From the NCBI GenBank assembly GCA_024398615.1, contig JAKSIU010000002.1, positions 10,036 to 74,035 on the forward strand: a stretch of 64,000 bases of DNA, in the 5' to 3' direction. The notes beneath the pieces were generated by a model, which searched no databases, was not told where the DNA came from, and worked only from the letters and a program-made list of their open reading frames with translations. The translations under genes and the position numbers were made by a program. Source of the stretch: Bacteroidaceae bacterium (lineage in GTDB: Bacteria > Bacteroidota > Bacteroidia > Bacteroidales > Bacteroidaceae). Shown one piece after another: positions 20,315-29,351 of the stretch (position 1 is its first letter; each line of letters begins with the position of its first letter).

Positions 20315-21208
20315 ATGAACAGAAACTTCAAATCTATCATGGCTTTTGGAGTGCTTGCTCTTCTCTGCAGCTGCGCTTCCAAGAAGGCCGCTACAGTCGA
20401 AGTTGCTCCTGCTCCTGCTGCTCCGGTACAGGAAGTCGAGGCTCCCAAGACAGTACAGTATTCAGTTGCTCCTGACCGCATTGCCAACAGGAACGTCGAT
20501 TATGACCAGTATTTTATTGAACTTGATGCCGATGCAGCACCTACACGTCCTGACTCGAAGGGCTTCATCCGCCGCTGGCTCCTGCTGGAACCTATCAACA
20601 AGCCCAACAGCGGCAATACAGTGTTCACAGACAGCTATATTCTCAAGGAACTTACCAAGGAGTATTTCAAGGGACAGTTTGACAATACAATTCCTGCCAT
20701 CGGTTCAACTGTTGAAGTCGAGTCCGAGGCTCCCCGCGCAGGCGGTCGTGGCGGATTCGGCGGATTCGGCGGTGGCCAGCAGGCACAGCAGCCCGCAGCT
20801 CCTGCAACTGTAAAGCAGACCCTCAAGTGGCATTCAATTGACAGCAAGCTCTTCAACATCAAGCTTTTCCGCTTTGCCAAGGGTGTCCGTGAGGACAAGA
20901 ACGGTTACGGACTCATCTTCAATGCAGTTACAGTCATCAACTGCGAAGAGGATATGCCGAACGTACGTCTTGCTGCAGGTTCAAACGCTTCATCAATATG
21001 GTGGGTTAACGGTGAGAAGGTCCTGACACTCCAGGCTGACCGCCGTATGGTTGCTGATGACGGTATGTCACAGCTCCTGACCCTGAAGAAGGGAAAGAAC
21101 ATTGTCCGTGCCGCCATCATCAATGGCCCGGGTATGAGCGACATGTGCTGCCGCTTCTATAACGAAGACGGTTCACTCGTCAAGAACATCACCATTACCA
21201 ACAAGTAA
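20315..21208 (+). CDS. Lipoprotein of unknown function (beta-rich, possibly carbohydrate-binding) with an internal [12 protein letters not shown] insert
   Basis: Lipobox ALLCSC, a Pro/Ala-rich tether, no recognised catalytic motif, located in the PUL between the esterases and GH43. Confidence 0.6.
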   Translation: MNRNFKSIMAFGVLALLCSCASKKAATVEVAPAPAAPVQEVEAPKTVQYSVAPDRIANRNVDYDQYFIELDADAAPTRPDSKGFIRRWLLLEPINKPNSGNTVFTDSYILKELTKEYFKGQFDNTIPAIGSTVEVESEAPRAGGRGGFGGFGGGQQAQQPAAPATVKQTLKWHSIDSKLFNIKLFRFAKGVREDKNGYGLIFNAVTVINCEEDMPNVRLAAGSNASSIWWVNGEKVLTLQADRRMVADDGMSQLLTLKKGKNIVRAAIINGPGMSDMCCRFYNEDGSLVKNITITNK

Positions 21209-21223
21209 ATAACAGAAAGCAAT

Positions 21224-22675
21224 ATGAAATCAATATTCAAGATTGGCCTTATGGCCCTTGCTTCAGTTGCAATGACTGAAACAGCTCTGGCTCAGATCGG
21301 TGCTCCATTCATTCACGATCCTGCCACAGTCGCAGAATGTGACGGTAAGTATTATACATGGGGAACAGGCGGTTCAGGCCTCGTTTCAGAAGACGGATGG
21401 GTATGGACCAGCGGAAAGAACATTCCCAATGTAGGTGCTGCTCCTGACATGCTCAAGATAGGTGACCGTTATCTTCTTGCCTATTCAACCACCGGTGGCG
21501 GTCTTGGCGGCACCCACAGAGGTACAATCGTAACATGTTGGGGAAAGACTCTTGATCCTCAGTCTCCTGATTATGGTTTCCCTGCAGCAGATCAGCGTAC
21601 CACTGTTGCCGAGTCTCTCAGCGACGAGGACTGTGATGCTATCGATGCAGGTCTTATCATGACTCCTGACGGCCGTCTGTTCGTTACCTTCGGCACATAT
21701 TTCGGCTTCATCCGTGTTTGCGAGCTTGATCCCGATACCGGTGCACGTCTTGAGGGCTTCGGCGAGGACATCAACATTGCCGTTGACTGCGAGGCTTCAA
21801 CAATGATATACCATGACGGTTACTATTATCTGCTCGGCACACACGGCACATGCTGCGATGGCGTCAACTCAACCTATAACATCATCTGCGGCCGTTCAAA
21901 GAGCCCCACAGGCCCGTTCATTGACAATGTAGGCCGTGATATGATTGAGGGTGGCGGCAAGATGGTTCTTGGCTGCCGCGACGGTTATACCGGTGCCGGT
22001 CACTTTGGCCGTTTCATCATTGAGGAAGGCGTTGAGAAGATGTCATTCCACTGGGAGGCCGACTATTCAATGTCAGGCCGCAGCACTCTGGCCATTCTTC
22101 CTATCGTATGGAGAAACGGTTGGCCCGAGGCTGGTTACAACGTGAAGAACGGTGTTTATGAAATCGAATCAGAGCGTCGCGGTTATGCTCTTGAACTTGC
22201 TACAGAGTACGTACGTCTTGGCGGCGGCCGTGGCATGTTCGGTGGCGGCGGTCAGCAGGCCAACACTTCAGTTCCTTTCCAGAAGCTGGAGGATGTTATC
22301 GAAGGCTGGCCAAAGGGTGACATTGATGTCCGTATCTGCGACTATCAGTTCCGCCCCAACCAGAAGTGGGAACTCGTGGCTCTTGAAGAAGGTACACTTG
22401 GCACTCCGTACTACAAGATTGTCATTGCCGGTACAAACCGCGCTCTGACAGCAGGTCCTAACAAGACTGTCATCTCAACTCCTGAATTCACAGGCGCTCC
22501 TGAGCAGATGTGGTCAATTGACCAGCTCACAGACGGTACATACCGTGTAATGCCCAAGGCTGCTCCCGGCTGCAGCGAGCCTGTATGCCTGATCTCAGCA
22601 GGTGACTCAAACGCTTCTCTTGGCAAGTTCGATTTCGACAATGTCAACTGCAAGTGGAACTTCCGTCAGTATTGA
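21224..22675 (+). CDS. Glycoside hydrolase family 43 enzyme with a C-terminal ricin-type beta-trefoil (CBM13-like) module
   Basis: Signal peptide. GH43-type N-terminus (PFIHDPATVAECDGKYYTWGTG, AIDAGLIM). The C-terminus has QxW-like repeats (NQKW, EQMW, CKWNF). The linker is LGGGRGMFGGGGQQ. Confidence 0.75.
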   Translation: MKSIFKIGLMALASVAMTETALAQIGAPFIHDPATVAECDGKYYTWGTGGSGLVSEDGWVWTSGKNIPNVGAAPDMLKIGDRYLLAYSTTGGGLGGTHRGTIVTCWGKTLDPQSPDYGFPAADQRTTVAESLSDEDCDAIDAGLIMTPDGRLFVTFGTYFGFIRVCELDPDTGARLEGFGEDINIAVDCEASTMIYHDGYYYLLGTHGTCCDGVNSTYNIICGRSKSPTGPFIDNVGRDMIEGGGKMVLGCRDGYTGAGHFGRFIIEEGVEKMSFHWEADYSMSGRSTLAILPIVWRNGWPEAGYNVKNGVYEIESERRGYALELATEYVRLGGGRGMFGGGGQQANTSVPFQKLEDVIEGWPKGDIDVRICDYQFRPNQKWELVALEEGTLGTPYYKIVIAGTNRALTAGPNKTVISTPEFTGAPEQMWSIDQLTDGTYRVMPKAAPGCSEPVCLISAGDSNASLGKFDFDNVNCKWNFRQY

Positions 22676-22693
22676 TTGACAATCCGATAATGA

Positions 22694-22720
22694 AAGGGGG
22701 CCGGCAAGGCCCCTTTTTTT
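22694..22720 (+). terminator. Rho-independent terminator after GH43
   Basis: gggggcc-ggcaa-ggcccc stem-loop followed by a run of seven T. Confidence 0.75.
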
Positions 22721-22841
22721 ATGTCCTTTTTTGTGAAATGCGTATAATCTCCAATCGGGTATATCCGTATTTTTGCCATGGAAATACCACCATGATGTTC
22801 CAATACAAACGTTTTACCAATGAAAATCAATTCTAACAGCT

Positions 22842-23774
22842 ATGAAACAGAAATTCAACAGGATGCCTGTTAAGGTATACAGGTCTTGTAAAGTGATGTG
22901 TCTGGCAGGTACCCTGCTTTTATTGGGCTTGTTCAGCTCATGTTCTGATAAGGAGGAAATATCTTCTTTAAGGACAGGGACATTTGTGGATGTTACAATG
23001 AAAGTGGCCAGTTTTGACCAGATTCCATTTGATGTCGCGCAGAATGGGACAAAAGCTGCAGTTTCTCCTGACGGAATATGCTCGAGAATCAGTTTTGCCG
23101 TGTATTCAGGACAGGGAAGTAACATGACCAAAAAACAGGTCAATCAGGAGGCTGGCAGCGACGGTTTCGGCACCGCATCGTTCAGACTGGAGGAGGGTAC
23201 TTATAAGGTCGTGGTTCTGGCACACAGCGGAGATGGCAATCCGACCATGACAGATCCGTCAAAAATCACTTTCAATAATAAGAATGGTCTTAAAGTGACA
23301 GACACATTCCTGTATTGTGAAGATGTGGAGATATCGGCCCAGAATCATGACATTGACCTTGAACTGGAACGTGTCGTGGCCAAATTCCAGCTTCATCTTG
23401 AAGATGAGTCACTGCCTCAGGAATTGAGTCAGCTCAAGTTCGAATATTCCGGTGGCAGCAGTACTCTTGATGCGATAACCGGCCAAGGATGTGTGAACAG
23501 CAAACAGACTGAAACCATTGATTGCACAGATGGTGGAAATGATTATGAGGTCTATACATTTGTCCGTAGTGACAGTGAGTCTCTGAAAATCAAAGTGTCG
23601 GCATTGGACAGTTCCGGTGAGGTACTGAAGGAACAGGAGTTTCAGGATGTTCCGGTGACAAACAATTACATTACGAGATACAGTGGCGAAATGTTCAGCC
23701 GGGCAATTCTCAATTCGGCTTTCAGCATTGTCATTGACGATGTCTGGGGTGGAACAAAGGACTATTCCTTCTGA
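22842..23774 (+). CDS. Lipoprotein, probably a FimB/Mfa2-family fimbrial-fold protein
   Basis: Lipobox LGLFSSC. Resembles Mfa2/FimA-superfamily proteins (LELERVVAKFQLHLED, C-terminal VPVTNNYITRYSG). Assignment is from memory only. Confidence 0.45.
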   Translation: MKQKFNRMPVKVYRSCKVMCLAGTLLLLGLFSSCSDKEEISSLRTGTFVDVTMKVASFDQIPFDVAQNGTKAAVSPDGICSRISFAVYSGQGSNMTKKQVNQEAGSDGFGTASFRLEEGTYKVVVLAHSGDGNPTMTDPSKITFNNKNGLKVTDTFLYCEDVEISAQNHDIDLELERVVAKFQLHLEDESLPQELSQLKFEYSGGSSTLDAITGQGCVNSKQTETIDCTDGGNDYEVYTFVRSDSESLKIKVSALDSSGEVLKEQEFQDVPVTNNYITRYSGEMFSRAILNSAFSIVIDDVWGGTKDYSF

Positions 23775-23821
23775 CGGTTTATGATGCTTCTGACGGCGCA
23801 GCTTTGATGAGCACGGTCCCG

Positions 23822-24982
23822 TCAGCGAACTGTGATGTGCAGACAGGTCTGCTGCTTTTCATATTTGACATAGCAGCGGCCCTGGTTGCGCATGTCGTAT
23901 GCCACCTGCATGAGAACCTGGTTCATTTTTTCATCCGATGCCTTGTTTCCGGTATCGGGTGTGTGGAATGTGCGGTATGAGATGTCAAAGGTGGTGCCGT
24001 AACAGTGGCATGAGTTGCTGCTGGAGTTCACGTTGGTCTTCTGGAGTTTCTTCACGCTTTCCGGTGTACGGAGCACGCTGGTTACGGTAAAACGGTGGCC
24101 ACGGCTGTAGCCGCGGTTATAAAGCGAATCCTGGAAGGCCTGCCCCATGTCTTCGAGCAGTTTCTCTGCCTTGGGCACCAGATATGGAATTGAATGTGTC
24201 AGCTTGTCCAGATAATACAGGTCGCAGGTTCCTATCTCATGCAGGGAACTGTTGTTCTGTGCTTCCTCCAGCGATATGAATGTCTTGAGCCCGTTCTTTT
24301 TGGCTGCCGTCAGCTGGACATCATTAAGGTCATTGAGAAGACTGCTGTAGTTACGGTACGGTTCCCTGTGGTCCGTGTTGTGGTTGATTTCGCCTTCGGT
24401 TATCCATTGGACCACATCGCGGCTGTATTCCGACAGCCATCCCGAAGCCCGGTACATCCCGAAAAGTGCAAGGGCGACCAGACCGTAAAACACAAGTATT
24501 CCAATGGCGAAAGTGGCATTCCGTATGCTGTCAAGGTTGAAGATCCGTTTCAGGGTATTCCCGTACCATTTCAGGAAACGGGGGTGCCAGAGCTCGACCA
24601 GCAGACCGGCTGCCGGCATCAGGGTGACGCTGATCTTGTATCCGACCGTCTCATAGGTCTGCCATCGGTAGAATCCGGAAATCAGGAGCAGTACAACGAA
24701 TACAAGGCAGTACAGGATTGACAGGGAAACTTTGGTAACCTGCTTCTGCGGCTTTTTCATTGCGAAGAAAAGCACACATGCGCTTACAAGACACATGACC
24801 CAGACCGATGCGCGGAAAATGCCTTGGACTGACTGGCCGGGGGCAACGAACCATCGGCCTATGGAATCAGTGACGGCAAAGAGGAAAAAGCCCAGGATTA
24901 TGATTCTGATCAGTTGGATCTTGCGTTCTGTCGAATCGCTGACTCTCTTTCTCGGTGCTGACTGGCTCTTCCTCTGTTCCAT
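23822..24982 (-). CDS. Membrane-anchored M15/VanY-like peptidase-fold protein (DUF5715-like)
   Basis: The N-terminal ~170 aa has several TM helices. The C-terminus has SCHCYGTTFDI (an SxHxxGxAxD-type zinc motif) and a terminal CLHITV histidine. Confidence 0.55.
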   Translation of the reverse strand: MEQRKSQSAPRKRVSDSTERKIQLIRIIILGFFLFAVTDSIGRWFVAPGQSVQGIFRASVWVMCLVSACVLFFAMKKPQKQVTKVSLSILYCLVFVVLLLISGFYRWQTYETVGYKISVTLMPAAGLLVELWHPRFLKWYGNTLKRIFNLDSIRNATFAIGILVFYGLVALALFGMYRASGWLSEYSRDVVQWITEGEINHNTDHREPYRNYSSLLNDLNDVQLTAAKKNGLKTFISLEEAQNNSSLHEIGTCDLYYLDKLTHSIPYLVPKAEKLLEDMGQAFQDSLYNRGYSRGHRFTVTSVLRTPESVKKLQKTNVNSSSNSCHCYGTTFDISYRTFHTPDTGNKASDEKMNQVLMQVAYDMRNQGRCYVKYEKQQTCLHITVR

Positions 24983-24992
24983 AATCGGTTGG

Positions 24993-25000
24993 CAAAATTA
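24993..25000 (-). promoter_or_regulatory. Candidate -7 promoter box for the 23822-24982 gene
   Basis: The reverse complement reads taattttg (TAnnTTTG), 10 nt upstream of the ATG. Confidence 0.4.
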
Positions 25001-25073
25001 ATTTATTTGAGAGATGTTTGGACATTGATGGAGCGTTTTTTGTAAATTCGCAAAAATTAATTCAAATACTGAT

Positions 25074-26108
25074 ATGAAAGAACTCGACTGGGCGAATTTG
25101 CCCTTCGGTTATATGAAAACCGATTGGAACGTCAGAATCTCCTACAAGGACGGAAAATGGGGAGAAATTGAAGAAACTGATTCAGAATATATTCCAATTC
25201 ACATAGGCGCAACATGTCTGCACTACGGTCAGGAATGTTTTGAGGGAATCAAGGCTTTCCGTGGAGCCGATGACCTGGTACGTGTATTCCGCATGGATGA
25301 AAATGCAAAGCGTATGCAGAGGACATGCCGTGCTACCATGATGCCGGAACTGCCTGTCGAGACATTCTGCGAAATGGTCAGACGCGTTGTAAGACTGAAC
25401 AAGGATTACATTCCTCCTTATTCAACAGGTGCATCGCTTTATATACGTCCCCTGCTCATTGGAACAGGAGCTGAAATCGGTGTGAAGCCGGCCAAGGAAT
25501 ACATGTGCATCATGTTCGTCATGCCGGTAGGTCCGTATTTCAAGGGCGGTTTTGACGCAAACGGCGGCCAGGCATACGCTCTTGTACGTTCCTATGACCG
25601 TTCGGCACCTCTCGGCATGGGCAAGTACAAGGTCGGAGGCAACTATGCAGCCAGCCTTTATGCCCATAACATCGCTCACGAGAAGGGTTATGCCAGCGAG
25701 TTCTACCTTGATGCCAAGGAGAAGAAATACATTGATGAGTGCGGTGCTGCCAATTTCATCGGAATCAAGGGCAATACATACATTACTCCCAAGTCTGAAT
25801 CCATTCTGCCTTCAATCACCAACATGAGCCTCATGCAGCTTGCAAAGGATATGGGTATGGAGGTCGAGCGCCGTCAGATTCCGGTTGAGGAACTCCTTGA
25901 AATGGACGAGGCCGGTGCTTGCGGAACAGCAGCAGTCATTGCTCCTATCCAGCGCATTGACGATATCGAGCTGGGCAAGTCATACGTGATTTCCGAAACC
26001 GGAGAACCCGGACCGAAGCTCAGGGCACTGTACTACAAGCTGCGCAGTATCCAGTATGGCGTTGATCCTGACATTTACGGCTGGACAACGGAAATTGAAA
26101 TGGACTGA
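25074..26108 (+). CDS. ilvE: Branched-chain amino acid aminotransferase
   Basis: 344 aa class IV aminotransferase with LHYGQECFEGIKAF, YIRPLLIGTG and GGNYAAS motifs. Confidence 0.9.
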   Translation: MKELDWANLPFGYMKTDWNVRISYKDGKWGEIEETDSEYIPIHIGATCLHYGQECFEGIKAFRGADDLVRVFRMDENAKRMQRTCRATMMPELPVETFCEMVRRVVRLNKDYIPPYSTGASLYIRPLLIGTGAEIGVKPAKEYMCIMFVMPVGPYFKGGFDANGGQAYALVRSYDRSAPLGMGKYKVGGNYAASLYAHNIAHEKGYASEFYLDAKEKKYIDECGAANFIGIKGNTYITPKSESILPSITNMSLMQLAKDMGMEVERRQIPVEELLEMDEAGACGTAAVIAPIQRIDDIELGKSYVISETGEPGPKLRALYYKLRSIQYGVDPDIYGWTTEIEMD

Positions 26109-26114
26109 TCTTGT

Positions 26115-26873
26115 ATGGGGAAGGGAAAACTGGCAAAGTTCGCCGACATGGCGACATATCCGCATGTCTTTGAACCGGCCTGTTCATACAAGGAAGTGAT
26201 ACCTTTTGAAATGAGGGGCTGCTGGAACAGCTCCTTCTTTCATAATGACGGGCCTATAGTCCTTGAACTGGGATGCGGACACGGCGAATACACTGTCGGA
26301 CTGGCAAGCCTGTATCCCGACCGCAATTTCATAGGCATAGACATCAAGGGCGCCCGAATGTGGACCGGTGCCCGAATGTCTCTTGAACAGGGAATGAAGA
26401 ATGTCGCTTTCCTGAGAATCGATATAGGGCTCATAGAACGATTCTTCGCTCCCGGCGAGGTCAGCGAGATATGGCTTACCTTCCCGGATCCTCAGATGAA
26501 GAAGGCCACCAAGCGTCTTACATCGACCTACTTCCTTGAGAGATACCGCAAGATTCTCAAACCGGGCGGCAGGATACACCTGAAGACCGACAGCGGTTTC
26601 ATGTACACATATACATGCGCCAACGTGGAACATAATGCTCTGCCGGTGGAGTTCAAGACCGATGACCTGTATGCAAGCGGTGATGCAGACCACATCCTGT
26701 CAATCCGTACGCATTACGAGCAGCAGTGGCTGGACCGTGGCAAGACAATCAAATACATTGTGTTCAACCTGCCTCAGGAGGGTGAACTGACAGAGCCCGA
26801 TGTTGAAATAGAAATGGATGATTACCGCAGTTACGGCCGATACAGCCGCAGCGGTTCAAAAACAAGCAGATAG
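26115..26873 (+). CDS. trmB: tRNA (guanine-N7)-methyltransferase
   Basis: [12 protein letters not shown]-terminus, [15 protein letters not shown] motif and FPDPQMKK motif. The gene ends in TAG. Confidence 0.85.
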   Translation: MGKGKLAKFADMATYPHVFEPACSYKEVIPFEMRGCWNSSFFHNDGPIVLELGCGHGEYTVGLASLYPDRNFIGIDIKGARMWTGARMSLEQGMKNVAFLRIDIGLIERFFAPGEVSEIWLTFPDPQMKKATKRLTSTYFLERYRKILKPGGRIHLKTDSGFMYTYTCANVEHNALPVEFKTDDLYASGDADHILSIRTHYEQQWLDRGKTIKYIVFNLPQEGELTEPDVEIEMDDYRSYGRYSRSGSKTSR

Positions 26874-26879
26874 ATTATT

Positions 26880-27995
26880 ATGGCACTTTATCCCAACCTG
26901 ATAAAAGAAGCCCTGCAGACGGTCCGCTATCCGGGTACCGGCAAGGATATCCTGGCAATGGACATGCTGGAGGATGACATTCGCATTGATGGAGACAGCG
27001 TCTCATTCTCACTGATTTTCGAAAAGCCCACGGATCCTTTCATGAAGTCCATCCTGAAATCGGCCGAAACAGCCATCAGGTTGAAAGCCGGAGAGGATGT
27101 GAAGGTCAATATCAATGTCAAGACCCGTCAGGCACCGCGTCCGGCCGATCCCGAGCTGCTTCCCGGTGTCAAGAACATCATAGCTGTAGCCAGTGGAAAG
27201 GGTGGGGTAGGCAAGTCGACCGTGGCTGCCAATCTGGCCGTTGCGCTGGCCGGACTGGGATACAAGGTGGGACTTCTTGATGCCGATATCTTCGGTCCTT
27301 CCATGCCCAAGATGTTCAAGGTCGAGGATGCACGTCCGTATGCCGAGAGCATAGGCGGCCGTGACCTGATAGTACCTGTTGAACAGTATGGGATAAAGCT
27401 TCTTTCCATAGGGTTCTTTGTCGATCCCGAGCAGGCTGTCCTGTGGCGTGGGGCAATGGCCAGCAACGCTCTGAAACAGCTCATTGCCGATGCCAACTGG
27501 GGCGAACTTGATTATTTCGTGATAGACATGCCTCCAGGAACAAGCGACATACACCTGACATTGGTCCAGACACTTGGCATTACGGGTGCTGTTGTGGTAA
27601 GCACTCCTCAGGAGGTGGCTCTGGCCGATGCACGCAAGGGCATTGACATGTTCAAGAATGAAAAGGTGAATGTACCTGTGCTGGGCCTCGTCGAGAATAT
27701 GGCATGGTTCACTCCTGCCGAACTTCCGGAAAACAGGTATTATCTGTTCGGCAAGGAAGGTTGCGCACGTCTTGCAATGGAAATGCACGTACCGTTGCTG
27801 GGGCAGATACCTATTGTCCAGAGCATCTGCGAAGGCGGTGACAGCGGTGTTCCCGTAGCACTTGATCCCGACACCATAGTGGGTCAGGCGTTCCGCGAAC
27901 TTGCCCAGTCAGTGGCGATAGCTACCGATGCCCGCAACCATCAGCTGCCGCCAACGATCCGAACAGGGGACAGGAACCGTTCCGCTCAAATCTGA
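26880..27995 (+). CDS. apbC: Mrp/NBP35 family iron-sulfur cluster carrier ATPase
   Basis: N-terminal DUF59-like domain, deviant Walker A SGKGGVGKST, and the CEGGD region. Confidence 0.85.
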   Translation: MALYPNLIKEALQTVRYPGTGKDILAMDMLEDDIRIDGDSVSFSLIFEKPTDPFMKSILKSAETAIRLKAGEDVKVNINVKTRQAPRPADPELLPGVKNIIAVASGKGGVGKSTVAANLAVALAGLGYKVGLLDADIFGPSMPKMFKVEDARPYAESIGGRDLIVPVEQYGIKLLSIGFFVDPEQAVLWRGAMASNALKQLIADANWGELDYFVIDMPPGTSDIHLTLVQTLGITGAVVVSTPQEVALADARKGIDMFKNEKVNVPVLGLVENMAWFTPAELPENRYYLFGKEGCARLAMEMHVPLLGQIPIVQSICEGGDSGVPVALDPDTIVGQAFRELAQSVAIATDARNHQLPPTIRTGDRNRSAQI

Positions 27996-28020
27996 GCGGA
28001 ACGGTTCCTGTCCCCTGTTC
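27961..28020. terminator. Perfect 28-bp-stem hairpin between convergent apbC and hom (candidate bidirectional terminator)
   Basis: gaacaggggacaggaaccgttccgctca (27961-27988), loop aatc, then the exact reverse complement at 27993-28020. The left arm encodes the last residues of ApbC, and the hom stop codon is at 28024-28026. Confidence 0.7.
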
Positions 28021-28023
28021 GGC

Positions 28024-29313
28024 TTATGCAAGGAAGCGGATAACTTGGCTCTTTTCCACTATTTCAGGTAGAGCGTTGATTGCTTCGATGGCCTTGGTGG
28101 CCCGGCAGTCCTGAATCTTTTCGGTGATTACTACAATCGAGACCTTGCCCGGATCATTGACATTCTTCTGGATGATGGTCTCGATAGAGATGTTGTTGTC
28201 GGCCAGAATGCCTGTGATTTTGGCCAGCACACCGCGTTCGTCACGTGAGGTGATGCGGAAATAGTAACGGGCGCTGGTTTCGGCAATGGGAACCAGATTG
28301 GCTTCGTTTCCGACATTGAACCATCCCATTGGAATGGCGGCACGATTGCCAGTGTCAATGGAACGGGCCAGCGATACGATATCGGCCACTACTGCCGAAG
28401 CAGTCGGCATGCGGCCCGCACCGGCTCCGGTCTGGAGCGTCTCGCCCAGATTGTCACATTTCAGGTAGACTGCGTTGAGGACGCGGTTCACGCTGGAAAG
28501 CAGATGGTCCTTGGGAACGAAACATGGGTGCACACGGGCATCGACACGTTCTCCTTCACGATTGTAGATTCCAAGAAGCTTGATGGTGCAGCCAAGTTCA
28601 TCGGCTATTGCAATGTCCTGGGCTGTGATCTTGGATATGCCGGTAACGTGGATCTTCTCGAAGTCAACGTGATGGCCGCTGCAGAGACTTGCAAGCAGGG
28701 CTGTCTTGTGTGCCGAGTCAATTCCCTCTATGTCAAAAGTGGGATCGGCTTCAGCGAATCCCAGACGCTGTGCATCCTTGAGCACCGTATCGAAATCCAG
28801 ACCTTCCTGGGTCATGCGGCTCAGAATGTAGTTGCAGGTGCCGTTGATGATGCAGTTCAGACTTTCAACCGTTGAACCCACCAGGCCTTCCTGCAGACTG
28901 CGGATAATGGGGATTCCGCCTCCGACTGCAGCTTCGAACAGAACGTGAAGTCCTTTCTGGGCAGCAAGCGGAAATATCTCATGTCCGTGCTTGGCCAGAA
29001 GTGCCTTGTTGGCAGTGACAACGTGCTTTCCTGCGTTCAGTGCTGCAAGAATCCACTTGCGCGGCATGTTGTATCCGCCAGCCAGCTCGACCAGGACATC
29101 AATGTCAGGACTGGTAATCATGGCATCGGCATCGGTAGTGACGGTATAGCCTTTTGCCCTGTACGGTGCCACCTCCTCATCGGTCTTGGCGCAGATGCAT
29201 GCAAGTTCCAGATCTATACCCAGTTTTTCCTTATATTCAGCCTTCTTCTGTTCAATTATGGCGATTACTCCACCGCCAACCGTTCCGGTTCCAATCAGTC
29301 CAATTCGTAACAT
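28024..29313 (-). CDS. hom: Homoserine dehydrogenase (monofunctional, with a C-terminal ACT domain)
   Basis: LRIGLIGTGTVGGG NAD-binding motif, a central catalytic domain (AEADPTFDIEGIDSAHK) and a C-terminal ACT-like domain. Confidence 0.85.
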   Translation of the reverse strand: MLRIGLIGTGTVGGGVIAIIEQKKAEYKEKLGIDLELACICAKTDEEVAPYRAKGYTVTTDADAMITSPDIDVLVELAGGYNMPRKWILAALNAGKHVVTANKALLAKHGHEIFPLAAQKGLHVLFEAAVGGGIPIIRSLQEGLVGSTVESLNCIINGTCNYILSRMTQEGLDFDTVLKDAQRLGFAEADPTFDIEGIDSAHKTALLASLCSGHHVDFEKIHVTGISKITAQDIAIADELGCTIKLLGIYNREGERVDARVHPCFVPKDHLLSSVNRVLNAVYLKCDNLGETLQTGAGAGRMPTASAVVADIVSLARSIDTGNRAAIPMGWFNVGNEANLVPIAETSARYYFRITSRDERGVLAKITGILADNNISIETIIQKNVNDPGKVSIVVITEKIQDCRATKAIEAINALPEIVEKSQVIRFLA

Positions 29314-29351
29314 ATCGTGTCTTCAGAAATATATGCGCAAAAGTAATAAAA

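Noticed and set aside
27009-27788. Long antisense ORFs opposite well-supported genes. Examples: 27009-27788, 36686-37462, 49605-50429, 56465-57277, 59678-60499, 38883-39527, 4705-5355, 31662-32309.
   Set aside because: Each lies entirely inside a gene with strong motif support on the other strand. Their translations are low-complexity and rich in Arg, Cys and His. They are typical shadow frames, not overlapping genes.
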